Shown: positions 1-9,939, counted from the first letter of the stretch. The stretch is DNA of 64,000 bases from Candidatus Eiseniibacteriota bacterium (GCA_041483195.1 JBGPFC010000015.1:28805-92804); one strand, 5' to 3'. The notes: a model not told the origin generated them from the sequence alone. Numbers and translations: made by a program.

Positions 1-1117
1 GCATCTCCGAGGTGCCGGAGTAGAGCGTGCCCGACAGCGCGTCGCGCACCTCCCGCTCGATCGGGTACTCCTTCATGTAGCCGTAGCCGCCGTGAATCTG
101 GAGCGCGTCGAGCGCGGCCCGGGTGTGCGCCTCGCTCACGAACAGCTTCGCCATCGCCGCTTCGAGCACCGCGCTCTTGCCCTGCTGCTTGAGCACGCCC
201 ACGCGGTAGAGCAGGTATCGCCCGGCCTCGATCGACACCTTCATGTCGGCGATGCGCGAGGCGACCGATTCGAACTTCGCGATCGGCTGGCCGAACTGCC
301 GCCGCTGGCGCGCGTAAGCGACGCAATCCTCGAGCAGGCGCTCCATCGCGCCGAGGTGCCCTGCGAAGATGCACGCGCGTTCCCATTCCATCGCGGCGTT
401 GAAGATCGCCATGCCCGCGCCCTCCGGCCCCAGCCGCTGCGCGGCGGATACCACGCAGCCGTCGAACGTCACCTCGCCCATCGGGGAGGTGCGCAGCCCC
501 ATCTTCTCGATCGGCTTGCTGAAGCTGAGGCCTGGGGTTCCCCGCGGGACGAGGAACGCGGTGAGCGCCGGCGCCCTGGTTTCCGCCGATCGGTCGAGGT
601 ATGCGAAGGCGACCGCGAGCTCCGCCACCGGCGCGTTGGTCGAGAAGGTCTTGGTGCCGTCGAGGCGATAGCCGTCGCCCACGCGCACCGCGCGGCTCGA
701 GAGCGAGAACACGTCGGAACCGGCGCCGGGCTCCGTGATGGCGTGCGCTGCGATCGCCGCGCCGGACACCAGTCGCGGCAGCCACGCGCGTTTCTGCTCT
801 TCGGTGCCGAAATGGAGGATGGGCATCTGGCACGCCCACATCTGCGCGTTGAGGCTGAACACCAGCCCGTTGTCGCGGCAGCCGCGCCCCAGCGCTTCCA
901 TCGCGATGGTGGTGGTGAGCAGGTCCTGGCCCTGCCCGCCGTACTCGGGCGGGATCGGCAGCCCGAGCAATCCGAACTCCGCGCACTTCTGCCAGCACTC
1001 GCGCGGGAAGCAGGCGTCGCGATCGCGCCCCTCGAGATCGTGATTCAGCTCCGCGCGCGCGAACTCCAGCACGGCGTCGTACAACTCGCGCTGTTCGGGG
1101 CTCAGTTCGAGGTCCAC
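1..1117 (-). CDS. Acyl-CoA dehydrogenase family, L-prolyl-[carrier protein] dehydrogenase-like (AnaB/PltE/RedW type); 3' end runs off the window
   Basis: Not in ORF track (no stop in window). Manual translation from GTG 1117 (GGAGG upstream): MDLELSPEQRELY...CWQKCAEFGLLGLPIPPEYGG...GCRDNGLVFSLNAQMWACQMPILHFG...HAITEPGAGSD...KMGLRTSP...MEWER...RDALSGTLYSGTSEM. Confidence 0.85.
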   Translation of the reverse strand, partial: MDLELSPEQRELYDAVLEFARAELNHDLEGRDRDACFPRECWQKCAEFGLLGLPIPPEYGGQGQDLLTTTIAMEALGRGCRDNGLVFSLNAQMWACQMPILHFGTEEQKRAWLPRLVSGAAIAAHAITEPGAGSDVFSLSSRAVRVGDGYRLDGTKTFSTNAPVAELAVAFAYLDRSAETRAPALTAFLVPRGTPGLSFSKPIEKMGLRTSPMGEVTFDGCVVSAAQRLGPEGAGMAIFNAAMEWERACIFAGHLGAMERLLEDCVAYARQRRQFGQPIAKFESVASRIADMKVSIEAGRYLLYRVGVLKQQGKSAVLEAAMAKLFVSEAHTRAALDALQIHGGYGYMKEYPIEREVRDALSGTLYSGTSEM

Positions 1118-2064
1118 GCCGCCTCCGTTGCCCCGCCCTGCGCCGCCGCGCTCGTGCCCGCCGGTCGGTCGAGCGCTTCGATCCAGCGCAGCGTTCGATC
1201 CAGCGTCTCGCGCGAGCGCGTCATCTCGAGGAATCCGTGCACGCGGCCCGGCCACACCTCGATCTCGAATCGCCGCCGGGAGGCGGGATCGAGGTCGGCG
1301 AACACGGTGCGCTCGGCCACCTGAAAGGTCTGGTACTCGGCGTCGTCGTCGCCATAGAGGAAGAGCGCGCGCGCCCGCGAGCGCACCAGCGCCGCGAAGT
1401 GCTCCATGAAGCTCGGCGCGAGCGGCGGGGCCTCCGGCTCGGCCGGGCCGCGCACCGTCTTCCTCGCGACGCGCGACACCACGGTGGCCATGTAGCGCCA
1501 GCGCTCCGCGCTCCCCAGCGACTGCCAGTTCTCGCGGTTGCCGAGCGCGCGCACCAGGTGCGCCCAGCTCTTGCGGTCGGCATCCACGCGGGTCTGATCC
1601 TCGAGCGGCATCACCGGGGCGGCGATGAACACCATTCCCGCGATCGCGTCGGCCTCGTCGGCGAACGCGGCGAGCGCGGTGCGCGCATCGAAGCAGCTTC
1701 CGACCAGCACGAATCGGGTCTGCCCGTGGCGTTCGCGCAATTCGCGCAGCACGGCGACGGCGTCATCGCGATAGGGCCGGTTGGGATCCAGGAACCCGCT
1801 CGCGCCCTCGCTGTCGCCCGCGCCGTGATAGTCGAAACGGAACGCTGCGAAGCCGCGCGCCGCGAGGCGCCGCGCGCCCTCCACCCACATGCGATTGCGG
1901 TGGGAGCGGGGGCGCGTGAAGAGCACCACGCACGGCCCTGGCGCCCCGGCGCCGGGAGCGGGAGGGGTGAAGATGCCGAACAGCCGCCCGAGCGGGGTCG
2001 GAATCACGACCGGACGCTCGGCGCGCGCGCGATCCACGTCGCTCGCCGTCTCAAGCCAGGGCAT
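1102..2064 (-). CDS. Alpha/beta hydrolase-fold protein with Cys at the nucleophile elbow (exosortase-associated hydrolase 1-like)
   Basis: FRFDYHGAGDSEG motif, elbow VGSCFDA, C-terminal VHGF; overlaps downstream gene. Confidence 0.75.
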   Translation of the reverse strand: MPWLETASDVDRARAERPVVIPTPLGRLFGIFTPPAPGAGAPGPCVVLFTRPRSHRNRMWVEGARRLAARGFAAFRFDYHGAGDSEGASGFLDPNRPYRDDAVAVLRELRERHGQTRFVLVGSCFDARTALAAFADEADAIAGMVFIAAPVMPLEDQTRVDADRKSWAHLVRALGNRENWQSLGSAERWRYMATVVSRVARKTVRGPAEPEAPPLAPSFMEHFAALVRSRARALFLYGDDDAEYQTFQVAERTVFADLDPASRRRFEIEVWPGRVHGFLEMTRSRETLDRTLRWIEALDRPAGTSAAAQGGATEAAWTSN

Positions 2065-2977
2065 CGAGCCAATTCCTCATGCGCAGGGCGAGCGCGGGAC
2101 ATTCCCAGGCCGGATTCGAGATGAAGTGCCAGCCCGGCTCTTCGTTCACGCACATCGTATCGACCGTCGCGCCCCGCTGCTCGAGCGCCGTCGCGAGCGC
2201 GGCGTGGGCGGGCGAAAGCCGCGGCCGCGCCGCGATCTGCGCGATCAGGGTGGGGCCGCGGAACGACTCGAGCATGCTCCCCAGATCGGCGTCGCGCGCG
2301 GAATCGAAGACGGTTCGGTGCAGGTAGTACCCGTGCACGTCCACCCGGCCCGCCTCCGCGAGCCGCTCGAGCAACTGGTCAACGGTGGCGTCGGGGGCGT
2401 GTCCGGCCGCGACCTGCGAGAACAGCATGCCGCGGAGCAGCCCGCGAAAATAGTCGGGTGGCCGGTGCACCGGCTCCCAGAGGGCGAGCGCCGCGGTGCG
2501 CGCGCCGCGCGCGATCGCCTCGGCCGCCACCAGCGCGCCGAAGCGCACGCCGAGCCACACGACGCTCTCGGCCCCGGAGCGGCGCCGCGCCTCGGCAGCG
2601 GCGCCGAGCGCATCGTCGGCGAGGCTCGCGAGCGTCACCGCCGCGAAGTCGCCGCCCGAGTCGCCGTGACCGCGCGCGTGGTAACGAAAAACGGGAAAGC
2701 CGGCCGCCGCGAGCGCGCGCGCACATAGCACTTCGGCGCGATAGGCGGTGATCTGCTCGACGCCCAGTCCGTGGCAGTGAACCACGACCGGTGCGCCGGG
2801 CCGGGCGCGACCGGGCGCGTGATGGACCGCGTAGAGCGGCCGGCCTTCGCACTCGAAGAACAGCGGAATTTCGTCGGGGATCGCGGTGCCTGGGGACGAG
2901 GCGGCAGTGGACCCGGGGGAGAGCAGAGCGGGCTCCTGTGGCGGGTGCGCGGGGGGTAAATGGGTCGGAGGACGCAT
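2051..2977 (-). CDS. Alpha/beta hydrolase-fold protein with Arg at the elbow (exosortase-associated hydrolase 2-like)
   Basis: FRYHARGHGDSGG, elbow LGVRFGA, LWEPV; overlaps next gene; exact start uncertain. Confidence 0.75.
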   Translation of the reverse strand: MRPPTHLPPAHPPQEPALLSPGSTAASSPGTAIPDEIPLFFECEGRPLYAVHHAPGRARPGAPVVVHCHGLGVEQITAYRAEVLCARALAAAGFPVFRYHARGHGDSGGDFAAVTLASLADDALGAAAEARRRSGAESVVWLGVRFGALVAAEAIARGARTAALALWEPVHRPPDYFRGLLRGMLFSQVAAGHAPDATVDQLLERLAEAGRVDVHGYYLHRTVFDSARDADLGSMLESFRGPTLIAQIAARPRLSPAHAALATALEQRGATVDTMCVNEEPGWHFISNPAWECPALALRMRNWLDALA

Positions 2978-3077
2978 CAATCGTAGACGGGGCCGCGATG
3001 GACTGTCAACGAACGGACCGGCCGCGGCGCGCGCCCCCGCCGGCCGGGCGGGCGCGCGGCCCGGGCAGTCGCCGGGG

Positions 3078-4295
3078 TCACCCGGCGGGCGGTTCGCGCT
3101 CGATGAAGGCCGCGTGGAGCGCGCGCACCGCGGCCGCGCAGTGATCCGCGCTCACGCGCAGGATGAGCGCCGTGGGCGTGGTGCGCAGCGCGATCAGGGC
3201 GACACCCGCGCGCTCGAGCGCCTCCTCGGCGCGCACCGCCTCGCGCGCGCCGAGCCCGAGGCCCACCAGCGACACGAAGGCCGCGCCGTGCTCGGCGGCC
3301 AGCTTCCACTCGCCTCCCGGGCCCTTCAGGGCGCGAAAGTGTTCCGCGAGGGAAACGACATCGGCCTGCTCGCCGATCCAGACGATCACCCCGTGCGTGT
3401 CGCCAGACTGTTCATGAGCGACCAGCTCGAGCTCGGGGTGAGCCTCGCCCACCGATGCGATCAGATCGCGCGCCTCGCCGCGGCCGCCGGCGTTGCCCTC
3501 CGCGATCGCGATCGAGCAGCCGGTGCGGTGCGCGACCGCTTCGATCCGTGCGCCCTCCATGTCGTCCTCCGTGATCGTGGTGCCTGGCGCTTCGTCGAAC
3601 GACGATCGCACCGTGAGCGGCACGTGGTGGGAGGCGGCCAGGTCCACGCAGCGTGCGTGGAGCACCTGTCCGCCCAGATGCGCGAGCGTCGAGCACGCGC
3701 GGTAAGAAATGCGGGGAATCACGCGCGCCGCCGGAACCACGCGCGGATCCGCGGTGAGCACCCCGGGCACGTCGGTGCGGATCTCGCAGCGGCCGGGGCC
3801 GAGCGCCGAGGCGAGCGCGACCGCCGTCGTGTCGGATCCGCCGCGGCCGAGCGTCGTGATCTCCCGGGTCTCGGGGTTCACGCCCTGGAATCCCGCGACG
3901 ATCACCACCCGTCCGCGGTCGAGCTCCTGGCGAATGCGCTCGGGGCGCACCGCGACGATCCGCGCCGCGTTGTGCGTGCCGTCGGTGAGAATGCCGCTCT
4001 GGGAGCCCGTGAACGAGATCGCCTCGACCCCGAGATCGTGGAGCGCCATCGCGAGCAGCGCCATCGAGACGCGCTCGCCGGTGGTGAGCAGCATGTCGAG
4101 CTCGCGGCGGCTGGGATGCGGGGACACGCGGTGCGCGAGCGAGAGCAGCTCGTCGGTGGTCTGACCCATCGCCGACACCACGACCACCACGCGATTCCCC
4201 GCGCGGCGCGCGTCCGCCACGCTGCGCGCGACCGCGCGAATCCGATCGGGGCCATCGACCGAGGTGCCGCCGAACTTTTGCACGAGGAGTGGCAT
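3078..4295 (-). CDS. lysC: Aspartate kinase
   Basis: [39 protein letters not shown] motifs; C-terminal ACT-like region. Confidence 0.93.
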   Translation of the reverse strand: MPLLVQKFGGTSVDGPDRIRAVARSVADARRAGNRVVVVVSAMGQTTDELLSLAHRVSPHPSRRELDMLLTTGERVSMALLAMALHDLGVEAISFTGSQSGILTDGTHNAARIVAVRPERIRQELDRGRVVIVAGFQGVNPETREITTLGRGGSDTTAVALASALGPGRCEIRTDVPGVLTADPRVVPAARVIPRISYRACSTLAHLGGQVLHARCVDLAASHHVPLTVRSSFDEAPGTTITEDDMEGARIEAVAHRTGCSIAIAEGNAGGRGEARDLIASVGEAHPELELVAHEQSGDTHGVIVWIGEQADVVSLAEHFRALKGPGGEWKLAAEHGAAFVSLVGLGLGAREAVRAEEALERAGVALIALRTTPTALILRVSADHCAAAVRALHAAFIEREPPAG

Positions 4296-4339
4296 GCACG
4301 GGACTATAGCCGAGGCGGGGCGCGCCAGGTGCACGACGC

Positions 4340-4367
4340 TCAAGCGGGCTGGCCGGGGTGCCGATGA
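4340..4367 (+). promoter_or_regulatory. Sigma28 (FliA/WhiG)-like promoter
   Basis: TCAAG-N15-GCCGATGA upstream of pilin-like gene. Confidence 0.5.
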
Positions 4368-4400
4368 CCTGTGGTGACCCGCCTCGGAGAAGGGACCCGG

Positions 4401-4988
4401 ATGCGATCGGTTGCATGGGAGCGGTGCGCGCGCCCGCGAGGATTCTCGCTGCTCGAACTCTGCGCGGTGCTCGTGATCGTCGGGGTCCTCGTCACGTTTT
4501 CGGTTGCTGCGTACCGGCGCGAGATCCTGCGCGCGAAGGCGGCCGCGACCATCCAGGAGCTGACGCAGATCCGGCTCGCGTTGATCCGCTTCGAAGCCGA
4601 CTGCGGCGGCCTGCCGCCCTGGTCGAAGCGCGGCGGCGATCCCGGGCTGTGCTACGCGCCGGCCTATGCGAGCGGCACCTGGGGCGGGCCATACCTCGAC
4701 CGCTGGTCCGGCACCACGCCGCTGGGGGGCGTGGTGGTGTACCAGGCGCGGGGCGGACCCAGTGACGTCGCCCCAGCTTCGCTGAGCGTGGACGGGCTAT
4801 CCTCGGACGAAACCGGCGTGCTCTCGCCGATGCTCGATCAGACGTTCGGCACCGACCTGGGGAGCACGACCCGCGTCGGCACTCGAGTGATCCGGCGCCG
4901 CGCCCGCGTGCTGCCGCCGACCGGGCGGCCCGGCACCGTGCTCGACCCCGCGGCCCCCGCCGCTCCGGCCCCGGCGTCCGCGCCGTAG
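4401..4988 (+). CDS. Prepilin-type N-terminal cleavage/methylation protein (GspG-like pseudopilin)
   Basis: RG^[16 protein letters not shown] class III signal; WGGPYL motif resembling GspG. Confidence 0.75.
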   Translation: MRSVAWERCARPRGFSLLELCAVLVIVGVLVTFSVAAYRREILRAKAAATIQELTQIRLALIRFEADCGGLPPWSKRGGDPGLCYAPAYASGTWGGPYLDRWSGTTPLGGVVVYQARGGPSDVAPASLSVDGLSSDETGVLSPMLDQTFGTDLGSTTRVGTRVIRRRARVLPPTGRPGTVLDPAAPAAPAPASAP

Positions 4989-5082
4989 ACGCCGGATCGA
5001 CGCGCGGCGCCCGCGATCCCGGAGGCGGGCCCATCTCGATCCGGCGCGCGGCGGAGCGACTCACGCCGGCACCCCGCGCGCC

Positions 5083-5112
5083 TTGACGCCCTCCCGATCC
5101 CGTCGCTATATT
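5083..5112 (+). promoter_or_regulatory. Sigma70-type promoter for tRNA-Gly
   Basis: TTGACG-N18-TATATT about 20 nt before the tRNA. Confidence 0.6.
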
Positions 5113-5131
5113 CGCCCGCGCTTCGATTCTC

Positions 5132-5208
5132 GCGGAAGTAGCTCAGACCGGTAGAGCGCCACCTTGCCAAGGTGGATGTCGCGGGTTCAAATCCCGTCTT
5201 CCGCTCCA
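5132..5208 (+). tRNA. tRNA-Gly (GCC)
   Basis: Acceptor GCGGAAG/CTTCCGC, anticodon arm CCACC-TTGCCAA-GGTGG, T loop GTTCAAATC, encoded 3' CCA. Confidence 0.97.
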
Positions 5209-5212
5209 TCTT

Positions 5213-5246
5213 GCGGGGCCGGCCCATCGCCGGCCCCGCCATTTTT
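5213..5246 (+). terminator. Intrinsic terminator after tRNA-Gly
   Basis: GCGGGGCCGGC-ccatc-GCCGGCCCCGC stem followed by CATTTTT. Confidence 0.65.
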
Positions 5247-5268
5247 CCGGGAGGTGCTGGTGGGCGGA

Positions 5269-5835
5269 ATGCCTCCGGCCCGCGACCCCGCCGCGGTCGC
5301 GCGCGCGGTCTCGGACCTGATCCGTGCGCTGGGACTCGATCCGGCGTCCGAGCCGGACCTCGTTGAAACTCCCGCCCGGGTCGCCGATCTCTACGCCGAG
5401 ATCTTCAGCGGGCTCGATCCCGCGCAGGCGCCAGAGCTCGCGGTGTTCCCTCACGCGGCGGGGGGCGACCAGCTGGTCGCGGTGCGCGACCTGCCGTTCC
5501 ACTCGCTGTGCGTGCACCACTTCGTGCCGTTCTTCGGCCGCGCCACCATTGCCTACGTTCCAAACGACCGCATCCTCGGCATCAGCGGGGCGGCGCGCCT
5601 GCTCCACCACTACGCGCGGCGCCCCCAACTGCAGGAGCGGCTCGCCGCGCAGGTCGCTGACCATCTCGAGCGGATCGTCGCCCCGCTCGGGGTCGCGGTG
5701 CTGATCGAGGCGCGCCATCTGTGCATGGAAATGCGCGGGATTCGCACTCCGGGCCTGGTCGAAACGCGAGTGGTGCGCGGCGCGCTGACCGATCCGCGCT
5801 GGTCGGAAGCGTTGCGCGGCGGCGCGCGCGCATGA
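5269..5835 (+). CDS. folE: GTP cyclohydrolase I (divergent)
   Basis: ETPARVA, SLCVHHFVPFFG, RRPQLQER, HLCMEMRG; start may be GTG 5260. Confidence 0.85.
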   Translation: MPPARDPAAVARAVSDLIRALGLDPASEPDLVETPARVADLYAEIFSGLDPAQAPELAVFPHAAGGDQLVAVRDLPFHSLCVHHFVPFFGRATIAYVPNDRILGISGAARLLHHYARRPQLQERLAAQVADHLERIVAPLGVAVLIEARHLCMEMRGIRTPGLVETRVVRGALTDPRWSEALRGGARA

Positions 5836-5854
5836 GCGCACCCGCCGCCCAGCC

Positions 5855-6640
5855 ATGAACGCCGCGGCGCCGGCCGTGACCGCCGTGGTCGTGACCCGCG
5901 ACCGGCCGCGGCTGCTTCGGGACGCGCTCGCCAGCATCGCGCGCCAGACCCGTTCCCCGCTCGAGGTGCGAATCGGGAACGACGGCGCGAGCGCGGTCGA
6001 CGAGGCGCTCGACGCGCTCGGCGGGCTCCCGTTCAGCGTGACGACCGTGCACGATGGCCAGGCGGCGCGTGCGCGCAATCGGGTGGCACACGGCGCGCGA
6101 GGCGAGGCGCTGGCGTTTCTCGACGACGATGACCGCTGGCTGCCCGACCACCTCGAGGGATTGGCGGGAGCGCTGCGCGATCCGGCGGTGGACGTCGCGT
6201 ACCGCGACTGCGCGATCGTGCGTGAGCGGGTGGACGACGCGGGCGCGCGCCTCGATCTGGATCGCCGCGTGATCGCGCGTGACTGGGATCCTGAGATCAT
6301 GCGGCGTGACGATTTCATTCCACCCAGCAGCTGCGCGGTGCGCGCCGCGTTCTTCGAGCGGCTCGGGGGATTCGATACGGCCTTTCGCTATTCCGAGGAC
6401 TGGGACTTCCTGCTGCGCGCCGCGCGCGAGTCGATTCCGCGGCGGGTGCCGGGCGTGACGGTCGAGGTGCGCATGCGCGATTCGGGAAATGCGTCAGCGG
6501 TCCTCTCGGAGGAGCGGCTCGCGTGCCTCGTGCGGCTGGCCGCGCGTCACGGCCTGCCGCCGCTCGTGCCGCGCACCTTCTGGGAGGTCGCGGAGCGGGT
6601 GGGCGAAGGGGGCGGCGCGCCGTGGCGCGATCGCTCCTGA
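5855..6640 (+). CDS. Glycosyltransferase family 2
   Basis: TRDRPRLL, NDG, AFLDDDD (DxD), GGFDTAFRYSEDWDF. Confidence 0.88.
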   Translation: MNAAAPAVTAVVVTRDRPRLLRDALASIARQTRSPLEVRIGNDGASAVDEALDALGGLPFSVTTVHDGQAARARNRVAHGARGEALAFLDDDDRWLPDHLEGLAGALRDPAVDVAYRDCAIVRERVDDAGARLDLDRRVIARDWDPEIMRRDDFIPPSSCAVRAAFFERLGGFDTAFRYSEDWDFLLRAARESIPRRVPGVTVEVRMRDSGNASAVLSEERLACLVRLAARHGLPPLVPRTFWEVAERVGEGGGAPWRDRS

Positions 6641-7545
6641 TCGTGGGCGCGGGGCCGGCCGGCGTTTCGGCCGCGCTCTGGGCGCGGACCCTGGATCTCG
6701 ATCCCGAGCTGATCGAGAGCGCGCCGCGTCCGGGCGGTCAGCTCCACCACGTGCATTTTCATCCCGCCGATCTCGCGGGCGTGCCGGCGGGGGACGGGCC
6801 CGCGATCGCGACCGCCTTCGCGCGTCAGCTCGAGGCGGCGCGCATTCCGCTGCGGTTGGACTCGGTCGCGGTGACGCTCGAGCCCACGGCGCTCGGGGGC
6901 GCGGGCCCGGCGGTGATGACCTCATCCGGCGAGCGGCTCGAGACCGACGCGGTGCTGATCGCGACCGGGGTCCGCCGCCGCCATCTCGACGTGCCAGGCG
7001 AGCTCGCGCTCGAAGGCCGCGGCGTCTCGTATTCCGCGACCCGGGATCGCATGCGCTTCGCGGGGCAACACGTCGTGGTGGCGGGTGGCGGGGATGGAGC
7101 TTTCGAGAACGCGCTGCTGCTGGCGGCGGTGGGGTGCACGGTGACGCTCGCGGTGCGGGGCCTGCCGCGCGCGCGCGGCGAGTTCCGCGCCCGGGCCGAG
7201 AGCGAGCCCCGCATCACGCTGCGCGAGCGCACCCGGGTGGTCGCGGCACTCGGGGAGCACGAACTGCGCGCGGTGCGGCTCGATGGGCCGCACGGCGTCG
7301 AGGAGCGGGCCGCGGCCGGGCTGATCATCAAGGCGGGGGTGATCCCCAACACGGAATGGTGCCGCGCGACACTCGAGCACGACGCCGATGGATTTCTGCT
7401 GGTGGACGCGCGGCTCGCGACGTCGCAGCCGCGCGTGTGGGCGGCGGGCGACGTGACGCGACCGCCGCTGCTCGCGATCGCGGTCGCGATGGGACAGGGC
7501 GCGATCGCGGCGGCCGAGGTGCGAAGGGCGCTGGGCGGGGGCTGA
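6622..7545 (+). CDS. FAD/NAD(P)-dependent oxidoreductase, thioredoxin-reductase fold lacking CxxC
   Basis: IVGAGPAG, IATG, GRGVSYSATRD, GGGDGAFE, WAAGDV; GTG start overlapping upstream gene. Confidence 0.85.
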   Translation: MARSLLIVGAGPAGVSAALWARTLDLDPELIESAPRPGGQLHHVHFHPADLAGVPAGDGPAIATAFARQLEAARIPLRLDSVAVTLEPTALGGAGPAVMTSSGERLETDAVLIATGVRRRHLDVPGELALEGRGVSYSATRDRMRFAGQHVVVAGGGDGAFENALLLAAVGCTVTLAVRGLPRARGEFRARAESEPRITLRERTRVVAALGEHELRAVRLDGPHGVEERAAAGLIIKAGVIPNTEWCRATLEHDADGFLLVDARLATSQPRVWAAGDVTRPPLLAIAVAMGQGAIAAAEVRRALGGG

Positions 7546-7575
7546 CGCGCCGCTCCGGCACCCGAACGCGCCGCG

Positions 7576-9057
7576 TTACGGCGTGGCGAGGGTGTCGGGA
7601 ACCCAGATCCGATCCGGCCGCGTGCGCGCGCCCGTCACCGTGAAGAAGCTCGACCCGTCGCGCATCACGCTCCCCTGCGGCCGGTAGGCGCGCCGGATCG
7701 GATCGATCAGCCAGGCGGGATCGGGCGAGTCCAGCACGATCACGCTCCACGCCCGCCTCGCGATCGAATCCCGCCAGGCCAGCATCAGGCTCGACTCGAT
7801 GACCCCCGCCCGACCCGGAACCGCGTCGGTGAACGCCATCTCGTGGACGTGCATCGGACGCCCGGCGAGCGCGAGCAGGTAGGGATGACTCGGCACCAGC
7901 ACCGCGCCGGGCATCGCCCGCAGGCGCCGCACCGCGTCATCGCCGGCGGCGCGGTCGGCCCGGCTCGGGATCTGCGCGCGCGGATCCCACGCCAGCAACG
8001 CGAGCTGAGCGATGGCGGCCAGCGCGATGGCGGAGCCCCCGCGCCGGCGCGCTGCAGCGGGGGCTCCCCGCGCCCGGTCGATCGCGGCGTGGAGGCCGAG
8101 GCCGAACAGCAGCGCGATGCTCGCGGTGGCGGTGAGCAGCACGTTCGTGAACCCGCCGCGGTAGGAGCGGAGCGCGGCCGAGCTCCCGATCATGCCGAGC
8201 GCGAGCAGCCCGAAGAACGCGCGGCCACCGCGGCGCGGTGCGCCGCCCGGCGAGAAGTAGAGCGCCCCGATCGCGAGCGCGAGCCCCAACGGGAGCAGAT
8301 CGTGGCCGAGGGAGGCCACCAGTCGTCCGGGTTCGGGCCGATGCGCCCTGGCGATGTCGAGCACGTAGTGCAGAAACCAGCCGTGCGATGCGCGATCCAG
8401 CCACGCCGTGCTCGCGCCGAGCAGCACGACCAGCGTGCCCGCGCACCACGCGAACCGCCTGCGGTCCCACCCCAGCTGCCCGATCACGAGCGGCGCGATC
8501 GCGACCACGCCCGACTGCTTGGTGAGCGCCGCCAGCGCGAAGCACGCGCCGGCCACCGCGCCGCGCGAGCGCGGACCGCCATCCGCGCGCAACGCAGCGA
8601 CCCCGGCGAGCAGCAGGGCGAGGTAGAGCGCGTCGGGCCGCGCCACGTCGAGGAACGCGCCTGCTGCGTGGAACGAGGCGGCGAACAGGCCCGCCGCCAG
8701 GGCGGCGGCGAACGCGTCACGCGTCTCGCGCCACACGATCGCGGCGATCAGCGCGAGACCGCAGAGCGCGGCGAGCGCCGACACCAGCCGCAGCGCCAGG
8801 AACCCCGGGCCGAGCAGGTGGGCCATGCCCGCGGCGAGCGCGAAGTAGAGCGGCGGATAGTTGACTGGGATGAACGCGAGCGAGGGAGGAACGTAGAGCG
8901 GCAGCCCGGCGGAGAGTCGCTGGACCTGGTGCAGGCTCAGGCCTTCGAGCCACTCGAGCTCGTACGGGTAACCGATGCGCAGCGCGACGACGGCGGCGAC
9001 CAGCGCCACGTGCAGCCCGGCCAGCGCGAGCAGCACGCGGCGCATCGGACGCGGCAC
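7576..9057 (-). CDS. Polytopic membrane glycosyltransferase (GT-C/ArnT/PMT-like)
   Basis: Many TM segments, YELEWLEG, NYPPLYF, ARPD, LTKQS. Confidence 0.7.
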   Translation of the reverse strand: MPRPMRRVLLALAGLHVALVAAVVALRIGYPYELEWLEGLSLHQVQRLSAGLPLYVPPSLAFIPVNYPPLYFALAAGMAHLLGPGFLALRLVSALAALCGLALIAAIVWRETRDAFAAALAAGLFAASFHAAGAFLDVARPDALYLALLLAGVAALRADGGPRSRGAVAGACFALAALTKQSGVVAIAPLVIGQLGWDRRRFAWCAGTLVVLLGASTAWLDRASHGWFLHYVLDIARAHRPEPGRLVASLGHDLLPLGLALAIGALYFSPGGAPRRGGRAFFGLLALGMIGSSAALRSYRGGFTNVLLTATASIALLFGLGLHAAIDRARGAPAAARRRGGSAIALAAIAQLALLAWDPRAQIPSRADRAAGDDAVRRLRAMPGAVLVPSHPYLLALAGRPMHVHEMAFTDAVPGRAGVIESSLMLAWRDSIARRAWSVIVLDSPDPAWLIDPIRRAYRPQGSVMRDGSSFFTVTGARTRPDRIWVPDTLATP

Positions 9058-9063
9058 GGCGAG

Positions 9064-9939
9064 TTACTTCTTGAGCGGAATCACGGTCCGGTCGTCGAGC
9101 CCGAGCACGTTCACGAGATCCGACCCCGCCGGCACGATGAACTTGGTCTGCTGCGCGAGGACGTTGTTCAGCACGTCGAGGCGCTTGCTGACCTCGGCGC
9201 GTTCCTTGAAGAAGCTCTCGGCCGCGTTCGACACCATCTCGATCGCCTTGGCCTCGGCGGTCGCGCGGGTGATGCGCGCCTGCGCGTCGCCCTCGGCCTT
9301 GAGGATCTCGGACTGCTTGACGCCTTCGGCCTGGAGGATCGCCGCCTGCTTGACGCCCTCGGCCTCGAGGATGTTCGCGCGCTTGTCGCGCTCCGCCTTC
9401 ATCTGGCGCGACATCGCCTCGGTGATGTCCGCCGGCGGATCGATCTTCTGCACCTCGACGCGCGTGACCTTGACGCCCCAGGTGTTGGTGGCCTCGTCGA
9501 GCACGTTGCGCAGGTTGGAGTTGATGGTGTCGCGCGCGGTGAGCGTCTCGTCGAGCGACTTGTCGCCGATCAGGTTTCGGAGATTGGTCTGCGCCAGCGT
9601 GGTGGCGGCGTAGCCGAAGTTCTGCACCTCGAAGGTGGCCTTCACCGGATCGCTGATGCGGTAGTAGATCACGGCGTCGACGGTGACCGACACGTTGTCC
9701 TTGGTGATCACCTTCTGCGGCTCGACGTTGATCACGCGCTCACGCATGTCCACCTTGAGCATGTCCTCGATCACCGGCACCAGGAACGTGAGCCCGGACC
9801 CCACCGTGGCGCGGTAGCGGCCGAGGCGGAGGATCAGGCCCTTCTCGTACTGGGCCACGGTGCGCGCCGAGCGGGCGAGCGCGACCAGCGTGATGAAGAG
9901 GACGACGACGAGCAGGAAGAAGCCGAGCTGAGCGGCCAT
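9064..9939 (-). CDS. SPFH/band 7 (stomatin/QmcA-like) protein
   Basis: [35 protein letters not shown] repeats. Confidence 0.93.
   Translation of the reverse strand: MAAQLGFFLLVVVLFITLVALARSARTVAQYEKGLILRLGRYRATVGSGLTFLVPVIEDMLKVDMRERVINVEPQKVITKDNVSVTVDAVIYYRISDPVKATFEVQNFGYAATTLAQTNLRNLIGDKSLDETLTARDTINSNLRNVLDEATNTWGVKVTRVEVQKIDPPADITEAMSRQMKAERDKRANILEAEGVKQAAILQAEGVKQSEILKAEGDAQARITRATAEAKAIEMVSNAAESFFKERAEVSKRLDVLNNVLAQQTKFIVPAGSDLVNVLGLDDRTVIPLKK

Noticed and set aside
5132..5208. tRNA-Gly as an integration site for an island
   Set aside because: No integrase nearby and I saw no duplicated tRNA 3' end in the window.
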